From NCBI GenBank assembly GCA_044892525.1, contig CM097885.1, positions 226,424,001-226,488,000 of the forward strand: 64,000 nucleotides of DNA, read 5' to 3'. Positions 43,201-54,350 of this stretch are shown here, in pieces. Source of the stretch: Schmidtea polychroa (lineage: Eukaryota). The notes below the pieces were generated by a model that saw only the letters and a program-made list of their open reading frames with translations, was not told where the DNA came from and made no database searches. Within the stretch, counting starts at the first letter, position 1. Every line of letters starts with the position of its first letter. The position numbers and the translations under genes are program-made.

Positions 43201-44423
43201 AGCACAAAAGAAGGATAGATGAGTTAGAGGGGACATGGTTTAGTCCCACCCAGATGAAGGAGGCTCAGAAGAAGCTGCACCGAAGCGAGCACTGTAGAGA
43301 CGCGTTGATTTCCGAGAGTCGGGCGCAGAGGAGCCTAATAAAAGAGCAGTCGGAGGCGCTGCACAAATTATACGTCCAGGCAGCAACTACAAGGAAGATC
43401 GCGAAGATCCCAATAAATGAAGCCAGTAACCTTTTCCCAGCACATCATGATATCTCTGGCGGGTCTTCTTCTCCAGTCGGAAAGTCCTGCCATGGGTGCG
43501 TGGAGACCGAGCTCTCACCTAAAGAACCAGAAATCATCTTTACCGGAACCAGTAAAGTGCTACCTGCGATAGCATCCACCTCAGCAGCACCCTCGACCAA
43601 CCAAACAGCATCGAAGCCAAAGCGTCGGCAATTATCGAGAGCAGAACGAAAGAAAAAACAGCGGGAACGCATAACCGCCAAACAGAACCAGAAATCGTCG
43701 GATCATCCAATCAAAGTCATCAACCCTCCTGCAGCAATCGATTTAGCATCAGTGATCTCAGGGCGAATCATCTCCGCCGCTGGTGTTACCTGGGAGGAAA
43801 ACGCCTCTGAGTTTTTCGATTTGGAAGATCTATTGGCAGACTCGGAGTGGGAGAAATGAGAACTTCCCCGTAAAAAGTCTTCGTTCTTTGAATTGACCTG
43901 AACATTATCTGATAACATTTTACCTTGTCTCTTTTCCCGTTGTCGTGGACTTTATTGTATAGGTGTTAGATATATTTGTGTGATAATCTTAATAATAAAC
44001 CATTTTTGTCTGCATACGTTTTTTCTTGTGCCCATCTTAAGACAGTTGAGTTGAAATTGGTAAATGGTATTGAGAGTCATAAAATCATGAGGAGCATTAG
44101 TCAGTTGGTAAACTCAGCTAGAAATATTGCGATGGGGCGACGGAATGAGTAGACGTAAGTCCTTCTATCGGCAGTCAGGGTTGGGAAGTCGAGGCCTCAG
44201 TAAGGAGTAGTCCGAAGGAGCTGGCTCACCTGCTTACTGGCGTCTCGCCGGCATAGCACAGTTCCAACGTGAAGCAATTCACGGGTGCTATGTTGGAGTG
44301 TAAGTTATGTACGGGTCCCGCTCGGCGATGACCAAATAAATGAGGGGCGAAATCGAGGTGGCATTCATCCTCTAGACTAAAGTTACACTAGAAAGGGGTC
44401 ATCCGAGTAGTGTACCCGCAACA
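40274..44423 (+). repeat. Element 2 3' LTR (4150 bp)
   Basis: TGTTG...CAACA; copy of 14277-18270 plus 156 bp (43160-43315). Confidence 0.97.
43110..43859 (+). CDS. LTR-encoded protein, full-length copy (249 aa), putative regulator
   Basis: CxxC, coiled coil, second CxxC, basic KPKRRQLSRAERKKKQRER, acidic-hydrophobic end EFFDLEDLLADSEWEK. Acceptor AG at 43099-43100; AATAAA at 43994. Confidence 0.65.
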   Translation: MLPNSKPVLRPCFSCSDKNSIIKELQAQIEKHKRRIDELEGTWFSPTQMKEAQKKLHRSEHCRDALISESRAQRSLIKEQSEALHKLYVQAATTRKIAKIPINEASNLFPAHHDISGGSSSPVGKSCHGCVETELSPKEPEIIFTGTSKVLPAIASTSAAPSTNQTASKPKRRQLSRAERKKKQRERITAKQNQKSSDHPIKVINPPAAIDLASVISGRIISAAGVTWEENASEFFDLEDLLADSEWEK

Positions 44424-44427
44424 TTAA

Positions 44428-44992
44428 TATAAGATTAAAATTTAGACTAGTTGCAAATTTTCGTGGAATGGTGTGATAAGGCGGTCTGGGTAGCTTGTCG
44501 GGATAGGTTGACAGAGTGGACCAGACGCGATGAGCATATAAACCATAATTAAGTAGGGCAATGGACAACTTTAGGTAACGAATCTCATTTAGATGTCAGA
44601 CGCAAGGAGATCCAACGAAGACGGAAAAGTTGACCCATCTTCAGGGAAGGTAGGACAGATTGACCCATGAATAATGATGATTTATACGAATGGTGGGGTG
44701 GGCTGACACCGTGGAAGAATACAAGACACGTTAACAGGTTATCGGGAGCACTATCCGACGACAGGGACCATGTAAAGCGGACATAAACCTTCTAACGGTA
44801 GTCCGTGAACCCAAAGGAGTGTTCGACAATTACAGTGCAAGTAGTGCGCTCACTTTTTGCGAGCACTCACCCTCTTGATACAGTACCAACGTTGATCGCT
44901 CAACGGGTATCAAGCGGTAAACAATGTTGTATCTTGGGTTACGCTGGTAACAGCACTAAAGAGCAAAATATTTGATCATCAGTAACCCACCA
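44428..44992 (+). repeat. Element 1 3' LTR, right (U5-like) part
   Basis: Colinear with ~62540-62745 (GCTCAC...GCGAG.A.TCACCC...CTCAA...TTGGGTT...ACCCACCA) and shares the CCTTCTA.CGG.AGTC motif. Confidence 0.55.
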
Positions 44993-45119
44993 GTCATTAT
45001 TTAATACATTTTTTTTACTGGTTTATTTTTATAATATAAAATTTCACAACATCAATAAACCAATCTTTTTGCGCACCAATTCACTAATTCCCAAGATTTG
45101 AGTTTGTTCTCTCAAACAA

Positions 45120-45440
45120 GTTTGAATCAAGATTCAAAGTCAAATCAAAATATAAAAATTTTAAAATCCCTTGAATCATGAAATATAAAAATTTAAAATT
45201 CCTCAAAACATTAAATCAAAGGTTTTCTTGGGTGGGTACCCAACTATTTAAAAAATATATTTTATAAAATTATTAAATTCATCAAGTCCATAAAATATAA
45301 AATTATTAAATTCTTCAAAACATTTAATCAAAGGTTTTCTTGGGTACCACCCAACCAATTTTATAAAATATTTTTTATAAAAATTATCAAGTCCATAATA
45401 TATAAAATTATAAAAATCAATAAATCAAAAAATCAAAAAA
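45120..45440. repeat. AT-rich imperfect duplication
   Basis: TCAAAACATT.AATCAAAGGTTTTCTTGGGT and TCAAGTCCATAA each occur twice ~110 bp apart. Confidence 0.7.
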
Positions 45441-46131
45441 TTTTATTTTTATAAGTAGTGGGTATAATGGGAATCCTGGGTTACTAGATTACTAGGGGAA
45501 AAAATTAACCGTTAAAATTGTTTGTAAAACTCTCTTTATATCTCATTCTTACATTCTACCAAAATTAAAATTTCGATATGCCTGCTCAAAGCTATGAAAT
45601 AATAAAAATTTTCAAAGAAGTTAATTATAGTACCTTCGATCGATCTGAAAGTTTGAAAGCATGCATTGCTCTTCGAAATCTTTCTTCCAAATTTCAGCTC
45701 GATACGATCACGGGAAGTGGGTTAATTTTCCTTCGCAAGATTTGCCTTGCTCATACAAACATTTAAATATACATATAAAGTGAAGTTAATATAGAGAGCT
45801 TAAAAAGAGCATGAATCGTCATTAAATTGAACTAAATAAAGAAAATAAGTAATAAAATTAAATTAAACATTAAATTAACGAAATCGGTCATGGCAATTCT
45901 AAAAAAACTAATTATTATTTAAAATTAAAATTAATTTTACTCCTTTAAATTTTAAAATATTTTATTAATAAATTTTTGACACCTCATAAAATAATTGTAC
46001 AGAGCAACAAAAAATTAAAATTATTAAAATTAAAAATGTTTTATTTAGTTTACAACTATTTTAATTAACTTACCATATTAAAAATAGTTGTTTAAATAAT
46101 ATTAATAATTTTTCAATTTTTCGTTGTATAA

Positions 46132-49100
46132 ATGAAATCTTTAGTGAAGCCAGGAACAGAAGATAAGACTGTGTATGATTTTCAAATCGCTTTCAAATAA
46201 AGTAAATTTATGAATATTTTAGATGCGCTATAGAATTTGGAATAAATTCAATAGAAGATGTAGTTCAACAAAGTCATGTTAAAGTTACAAATCATGACAT
46301 TTACGACAATTTTGCAAAACCTGCAGAAAATGGTTTAATGGATCCAAAAATGGTAAATAGATATCAGTTTAAGTAATTTTATTTTAAATTAATAGGGAAC
46401 ATGTAGTTCTTCTAAATGTGTTACTTGTGACCGCGAACAAAAGTATTGTATGGGACATTTTGGCTATATAGATCTTTCAAATTACCTATTTCCATTTGGA
46501 TTTTTAAAGGATATTGTCAAAATACTAAAATGCATTTGTAAAGTAAATTTATTATAATTTTTTTTTAAATTAAAGTTTTCAAGACATGTGGACACATATT
46601 ACTTAATGAACGAGATATTATGAGTCATGAAAAGGAACTTCGAAAACCTAATTTAACTTATATTCAAAAGAAAAGTATACGAACCGTAATTATAAAAAAA
46701 TCATCAAAAATCCGCATATGTCGCTTTTGCAATGATTCAAATGGTAGTTTTATATTTTTATTAAAAAAAGAGAATTAAATATTGCATAAATTAAAATATT
46801 TGATAGTTACTAGTAATCAAATAATTATCTAATTAGGTCCTGTTAAGAAACTGAAATCTCTTTCAATGATTTGTCATAAAAAATATGCTTTAAAAGAACA
46901 GCAAAAGAAATTTTCTGAGCAAATCGAAAATTATTCTCAAGAAGTTCGAAATCTCTTAAATTCTGGCATTGTATGATTTTTCAATTGTCATTTGCATCGT
47001 TTACAAATAGATTTCAGACTCTAATGAGACCTTATGACGTGTTTAAATTGTTTCAAGCAATTCCAGTCAAACATTACAAGTTTTTAGGAATGTCTCACAA
47101 AAATAACCTCAAAGTTTCCAATTTGATATTCAAGCACATTCCAGTGCCGCCAATTTGTATTAGACCGTCGGTTCAAACCTCTTCTGAGAATACCAGGTTT
47201 GATTGATTGATTATTAGCCATTATTAACAATTCACTTCACAGTCGAGAGGACGACATCACAATTTTACTGCGAATGCAAATCGGTGACAACAAACTACAC
47301 GATATGCACAGCGAGTACGCGAGAATGATCAAACCCGATGCCACATGCATCCGATCAGCGAAAGATAAAAAAGTCATCCGTGGCATGATTCAAAGATTAG
47401 CCGGTAAGAAAGGCCGATTCCGAGGGAATATTATGGGGAAACGAACGAATTTTACCAGCCGAACTGTCATTTCTCCTGACCCCTCTTTGAAAATCAATGA
47501 GGTGAGAATATTGATTTGTTGAATATTTCTTAATGCCATTTCACCAATTATTATTTAATGCCATCTAACAATTTAGACCTATTATTTACCATTAATGGTG
47601 TACAATGATTATGAAGCGCGGCATTGCGTTTTATCCCCTACGTAACCAATTGAATATTAATACTCTACACCGCATGGATAAATGGCTACCCAACCTTTGA
47701 GAACTTTCATTTAATCTGTTTTATATATCACGTCAACCAATAAATCAATGTATCATATGTGATACATAAATCAACCGGAAAATCTATGTATCACATATGA
47801 TACATTCTTCCCATGCTGTAATTTTATGCTAATGCTACTAAATACATTCTATAAATTGCGCATTTCATCATATATTCAATAGCTAAACCCTCTATCGATT
47901 GATTAACTGCGTAAAAGTTTATGATACACGATTTGATGAATTGTATTACTCGATACTTGCCTGTTACATGTATCACATATGATACGTACTAGCCCAAATC
48001 AAAAGGTTTATGCATCATTTAATATTATGAACGTTTTTATTGATTACATAATTCATTATCGAAGTACACTTGAAACATTTTAAAATTATTGCTATTTACT
48101 TCAATTTACTTGATTAGCAAATAATTATTATAATCCATGCTTTTTTGATATTCAGTATGTTGACAACATCATCGTTACTCTTTCATTTTTTTCAATTGTT
48201 TAACAATAATGAACTTTGAATTTTTCAATCAACATCAAACTTTCCTGTTGCGCCATTAAACTTCACATTTAAATCCACTTTAACTTATATAAAGCGTTTG
48301 AATCTTCTTCCTATTTGTCATTTGAGAAGTGTTAATTGAAATCACGACGTGATTTAAAGACAGTTAAATAAAGATATTATTCTGAAAAATAAATTGTAAA
48401 GATTCATAAAATCAGTATTTAAACATAAAATTCTGCCAATCAAAATGCGGCTACTGAAATTCATTTCATTCCCAACATCGGGCTCATTGTATAAGTAGCT
48501 GTCACCATTCCTTTCTCTAATGTAATAATTATTTTCAATGGGGAACTTTCTGTGCAGCATAATAATAGAAAAATACCGAATATTAACTCCTTAACTCAAA
48601 CAAATCATTTGCAGATAAATCATTACATACTATAAAATGTTGTCAACATCAGATAAGAAATGAAACTTGTGCAATGAAAAATTATTAAAATATAAACCGG
48701 TAATCTCTGTATCAGCTTTTAAAGTAAATTTTTCTTTTTCCTATTAAATGTTGTGCAAGGTGATTTTCTAATTTAAAGAAACCCTAAACTGGTGAAATAA
48801 TAAAGATCAAGTCAACGAAATGAATCCTTTTAATTGTCACATAATACTATATTTACATTCCTTCCTAGTACATCCCTAGAAATCAATAAAAATTAAAAAA
48901 AAATGATTGGTCAACTTTTAATAATATTGATTTTTATTTTAAAATGCATTTTTTGAAAATCCTTTCATTTTATTTCACTGAATTCACATTGACTCTTTCT
49001 AGATTAGTATCCCAGAATATTGTGCAATGAAGCTTACTTTCACAGAAAAGGCCACATCCTATAATATTGCACATTTAAAAAAATTAATCCTTAACGGTGC

Positions 49101-52100
49101 TAGAAAGTATCCTGGTGCAGTAGCATATGCGGCATGTATTGTTGACAATGAGCCACAACAGCCAATGAGTCAATTAAAATTGATGATGAATACCGAAGTA
49201 ATGTGGACTAAACTGGATAACGAGAAATGGAGATTAGATGCGGCTAGAAAGTTAAAAATTGGTGACTTTGTCCAACGACATATTGACAGTAGTGATGTTG
49301 TGCTTTTCAATCGTCAACCTTCATTGCACAGATTGAGTTTCCAGGCATTTAATATCGTTGTTAAAAAAGAAAAAACCTTCAGTTTTAATCCCTGTTGTTG
49401 TAATCCTTTCAACGCCGATTTCGATGGTGACGAAATGAATGTACATTTCCCACAAACCTATGAAGCAAAAGCAGAAGCAATCGAATTGATCTCATCTATA
49501 AAAAATACTACAAGTCCTAATAGTGGTGAACCTCTTACTGCACCGCTGCAAGACATTCTTACCGCTGCATATCTCCTAACCTCTAAGGATACATTTTATA
49601 ATGAGCAGGAATTCCGCAATTTGATTTTGCCTATCGTAAAAGGCTGTCCATCCAATAAAATCGTTATGATTCCTCGTCCTATGATCATGAAGCCAGTGAA
49701 ATTATATTCTGGGAAACAACTAATGTCACTAGTTATCAATCCATATGGAACATTATCTCCAGATTCAAAAAGAGTAATTCCAGATTGCAGAATAAACCTA
49801 GTGGTTGAGACTAGTTCAAACCCGATTGATTACCTAAACCCAAATGATACATTGGTTGTAATTCACAATAGTAAATTACTAATGGGACAGTTACCGAAGA
49901 AATTGCTAGGAAGCGGTAGTAAATTATCCATATTCTTTCGAATTCTCAAAGATGTCAGTGATCGGGCAAGTTGTGAAAGTATGGAAAGACTTTGTCAAAT
50001 AGCTCTAGCAGATTTGAAATCCAGAGGTTTCAGTTTAGGAATTACCGATGTTTCACCCAGTGCTGAGCTTAGAGCCAAACAAAAAGAACTCGTTGAACAG
50101 AATTTTGCAATCTGTGAAGAATTTATAAGCTATTATGAAAATGGTTCCCTGATTTGTGATCCTGGTTGCAGCATTGAGGAGACATTGGAATCAAAAATCA
50201 GCTCACAATTGTCAAAGATTCGTGATGAAGGAGGAAAGGAGTGTAAAACAACTCTACACAAAAGAAATGCTCCATTAATAATGGCTATTTGCGGTTCAAA
50301 AGGTTCTTACATCAATATTTCACAAATGGTGTTCTGTGTCGGTCAACAGATTATTGAAGGGAAAAGAGTATCGAACATTAGCGGAACCAATAGGACATTG
50401 ATGTATTATCCAACTAATAGCCGAAGTCCAATGTCAAAGGGATTTGTTTCAAATAGTTTTTATTCCGGATTGAATCCAATTGAATTTCTATTCCATGCAA
50501 TGAGTGGCCGAGAAGGTTTAATAGATACGGCAGTGAAAACCGCCGAAACCGGATATATGCAAAGAAGATTAATCAAATTTCTTGAAGATTTGGCAGTTCG
50601 ATATGACAACACTGTTCGAGATTTCACTGGAAATCTTGTTCAATTTAAATACGGAACTGATGGATTTGATCCATCCAAATTGGAGACAACTTATTGTCCT
50701 TGTGATTTTATAAAGGAGCTCTATCATGCATTGCAAGATTACACATATAATGAACCGCCACTTGGTGAAGAAATCCAATTTATTTTGAAAGAATTTCTAG
50801 ATTCGTATGAAAGAAAATTTGATAATTTAGATGAAAACCTCGTTAAAACTTTATCGGATTATTATAAATCAACTGAAGGGATTGTATTCGGTATCACAAG
50901 ATCTCAAATGAAATTATTTATCGACAATTGCTATAAAAAGTATTTTAAAGCCGTCATTGAACCGGGAACTGCAATAGGTGTTATTTGTGGGCAAAGTGTC
51001 GGTGAACCAGCTACTCAAATGACACTGAAAACCTTTCATTTTGCTGGAGTTGCCAGCATGAATATCACTAGAGGTGTACCGAGAATGCAGGAAATTATGA
51101 ATGCAGTTGCAAACATTAAAACACCAATTATTACCGTTTACTTGACCGATGATGATAGCGAATCGTTCGCAAAAATGATGCAATTGAAAATACAGCCAGT
51201 ATTTCTCAAGCACGTTATTATTGAATCTCAACTAGTGGCCTGTTCGACCGGGATGTTCTTTTACTTGCATTTAGACAATGTAAAATTGAGTCAGCTCTGT
51301 ATACTTTCAGAAGATGTAGAGAAAGCGTTGAGATCTGTTAAAATGGAAAATAACCAATTCAAAGTGGTTTATAAGGAAACTGGACGAATGTATATTGAAG
51401 TTTTTTCAGAAAGAAAAATCAACGCCCAAAAAGTTCTAAAAGTTGTTGGAAAAGTGCAAATAATGGGCGTAAAGAATGTAAGGAGAACTGTTATTCAAAG
51501 AAATGAGCAACAAAAGCACAATATCTATGTTGAAGGTGGTAAATTATTAGATCTATTCAAAATCAAAGGAGTTGATGGAATTAACACACATAGTAATCAT
51601 ATTCTCGAGATCTATGAAGTATTGGGCATTGATGCTGCGAAAGATATGATTATTAACGAGCTAAATGCTGTGATGGGAGCTCACAATCTGACTCCAGATA
51701 TTCGACATGTGATGTTATTAGCGGACATTATGTGCTATACGGTAATTTTTATTTCTCAATATTATTGCTTACTTATGCAACATTTTTATATACTTCATGC
51801 ATTGACTATTCTTAATCTACTTAACCTTTTGGTATTTTATGTTATATGGAACTTTATAAATAAATATGTATAATTATTATCAATAAATTCTGCCATATAA
51901 TAATCTAGAAATAATCACATCCACCCCTCATTAAAACACGGAAGAATGGTCTTATACATTTGTTAGTCTTAGCATAATCTATCTTCCATGTTAAGCGGTG
52001 GATGAGGGTATTATTTATTTGTCCGTATTCTTGATTCAAATATTAATGATTAATAATTATTTGTATTATTGATTTACTTATTAATTTATCAGTTATTATA

Positions 52101-52802
52101 ATAATTATTGATTAATAATTAATTTGATAATAGATTCAATTATTAATTTATCTCTATTTTTGATTCAGTTATTATTATTGATTATTAATTAATTTGAATA
52201 ATAGATTATTTTAATTTGAATGATAGATTATTTTATTAATATTATTAATTTATCTGTATTTTTGATTCTATTATTATTATTGATTATTAATTTATTTGTT
52301 TTATAGATTCAATTATTAATATTATTAATTTATCTGTATTTTTATTAAATTATTATTGATTATTAATTTATTTGTATTAATTTGACGCATAATTTACTAA
52401 TAATCCAATAAAAATTTCGCAAATAATTGAATTATTATCTATTAGGGTCAAATATGCGGTTTTCAGAGAAGTGGAATAAGCAAATCAAAGAATAGTGTTC
52501 TCTGCCTGGCTTCAGTATGTGTTCATAAACGTAAATAGATTAATTTTATAATATTTCACAGTTTGAGAAAACCCTTGATCATTTGATTGAGGCCGCATAC
52601 CACAATCAGAAAGACAAACTTCATGGTAAAAGTCAATTATTTAAATAAGCAAAATAAACATTTATTATGTTTAGGCATAAGTGATAGCATTACATTTGGA
52701 AAAACTATTCCAATTGGTACTGGAATATCTACTATCATTTGCAATGATAATAATGGTGAGAAACCCCTTCAAAGTCGTCAGACGTTATCCGATGTAATAT
52801 GA
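46132..52802 (+). CDS. POLR3A: DNA-directed RNA polymerase III largest subunit (RPC1), 11 exons
   Basis: Exons 46132-46172, 46223-46352, 46396-46542, 46584-46743, 46837-46970, 47018-47196, 47243-47501, 49003-51741, 52446-52514, 52562-52625 and 52675-52802 join in frame with GT-AG introns. Motifs [25 protein letters not shown] (49411-49440), [10 protein letters not shown] and SVLCLASFEKT. No CTD heptads, so Pol III rather than Pol II. Confidence 0.93.
52020..52440. repeat. AT-rich low-complexity repeat in a POLR3A intron
   Basis: Recurrent TTATTATTGATTATTAATTTAT and TATCTGTATTTTT units. Confidence 0.75.
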
Positions 52803-54350
52803 AACTTTTTACAAATAAAATATACTTTGTTATTCTTTTTGATTTTATCTTTGTATGCAAAGGTGACGAATCTTTTAGGCTTGTATGTTATGAGTTTGTT
52901 TTATTTTTTAAAAGAAAATGCCCAAAGCCGCCGAGTTAATAATGAAGGACCGTGTCTGTGTAACTCTATTTCAGGCCTTTAACCTGACTACCAAGGACTT
53001 GTTAACTAATCCATATATGTAAACCATGAACTATTCATATTTTCTATTTTTATTTGGTTTCAAAATAAAGGTTCAACTTTTAGCCGGATCTAAATGATCT
53101 GACATGTAGACAATTCTGTTTTAATCATAGTTGGCTTATTTAATGGTATGTAATAATAAAAAGGCAATATAGACCACGGGAAATAAATTTGCCAGATGTG
53201 TCTGTCATTCCTAGGTCATATTTTTCATATATACCTCTTCGGAAATTATTATTAATAATAATAAATGCTGAGTAGCTCTAATCGTATTCTTCTTAAAAAT
53301 TAGTGCATTTGTAATATTAAAAACAAATATTTAAGACGCTGGGGAATGTTTATCTACTTTTTTGGTTATAACATTGGTAATGATAATACTGATGCACCAT
53401 TTTACTAATGATAATTTGGTGAATAATAGAATAGAGATAGGAAAAGTGTTCTGCAAGAAAAACGTTTTTAATAATAAATTTATTGAGGATACCTAAACAA
53501 TTATTAAAGTGAACAAAATTAGTTGGAAAAAGGTATAAAATAAACGGAATTCTAAGAATCAGGAGCAAAGGATAGATATGAAAAAATGAAAAAGAAATGA
53601 CAAAGAATCGATAAAATCAAACAATGTCGTCATTAAGTAACAAGTATAAATTGTAAAGAGAAAACAAAAACTACCAATTGGAAAATGGAATTGCCTTTTC
53701 TCGAAAGCTTAGCCGAGATTACGAATAGACCATCCGGATAGTCGAAGAAAAAAAGAAATACAATAAAATTATACAGCCTTACAGTGGTTTGAGATGGCAG
53801 GAACGAAAGGAAATGTTGGAGATGATTTAGGAAAAATAAAACGAAGACAATACTGGATTAAAACTAAATTCCTGAAAATAATAACTTATATAAAGGAGAG
53901 ACATAAATGGAGTAAACAGAAGAAAAATAGCAAAATATATGGAGAAAACTGAAGAAGTAAAGTAACAGTAAATTCAGAATTTATCATAATTTCAAGGAGT
54001 GACAATTAGAGACAAGGTATCACGGACATTAAAGAAAGTGGAACAGTATTTTCACGTAGTCTGGCCAGCAAGGAAGCATGATCCTAATTTTTGGGTGAGC
54101 TATGACAATAATTCTGTGACAAATGACAATGATGATATCAAATCCTATTTAACCACTCTACGAAGCTAAAACAAAGAATTAAAATTTGTACTTTTTCGGT
54201 CTAAGTGTGAAAAAAACTTTTATTCGAATAATAAATTGTTATTCAATAATCAATTTTTGAACAAATAAAAATTGCAAATGTCATAAATTTTATTTTACTG
54301 AATTCAAATTATTTGTGCAAATTCAAATTTGCTACTAGTTACCACCTGCA

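Larger units (their letters stand above)
14277..44423 (+). mobile_element. Element 2: complete 30.1-kb Ty3/gypsy (Metaviridae-like) LTR retroelement with envelope and accessory genes
   Basis: Paired LTRs, TSD, PBS, gag, and PR-RT-RH-IN order with YIDD and a GPY module. Confidence 0.95.
1..44992 (+). mobile_element. Element 1: non-autonomous (pol-less) Ty3/gypsy-like LTR element, 5' end outside the window, with element 2 nested in its 3' LTR
   Basis: Leader with RING relic and repeats, then a gag ORF, then an LTR starting TGTTGGGCT at 9808 behind the same pre-LTR motif as element 2. Sequence at 44428-44992 is homologous to the 3' end of the LTR-like copy at 58901-62745, and both end ...ACCCACCA. 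Confidence 0.7.

Noticed and set aside
45540-45770. Short ORF or minus-strand spliced gene upstream of POLR3A
   Set aside because: An intron-like 42-bp segment exists on the minus strand, but I could not assemble a start-to-stop frame or recognise a product or ncRNA.
44993-46131. Ty3-like targeting to Pol III genes because the elements sit beside POLR3A
   Set aside because: POLR3A is a protein-coding, Pol II-type gene, and I saw no tRNA/5S gene at the insertion sites; the adjacency is likely coincidental.
51742-51873. C-terminal 43 aa of track ORF 49027-51873 as real protein
   Set aside because: It reads through the GT donor at 51742 into an intron; the RPC1 C-terminus is in the exons at 52446-52802.
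53500-54170. Purine-rich stretch as a retroelement gag relic
   Set aside because: There are multiple stops in all frames and only a weak SYLTTLRS resemblance; the evidence is not enough.
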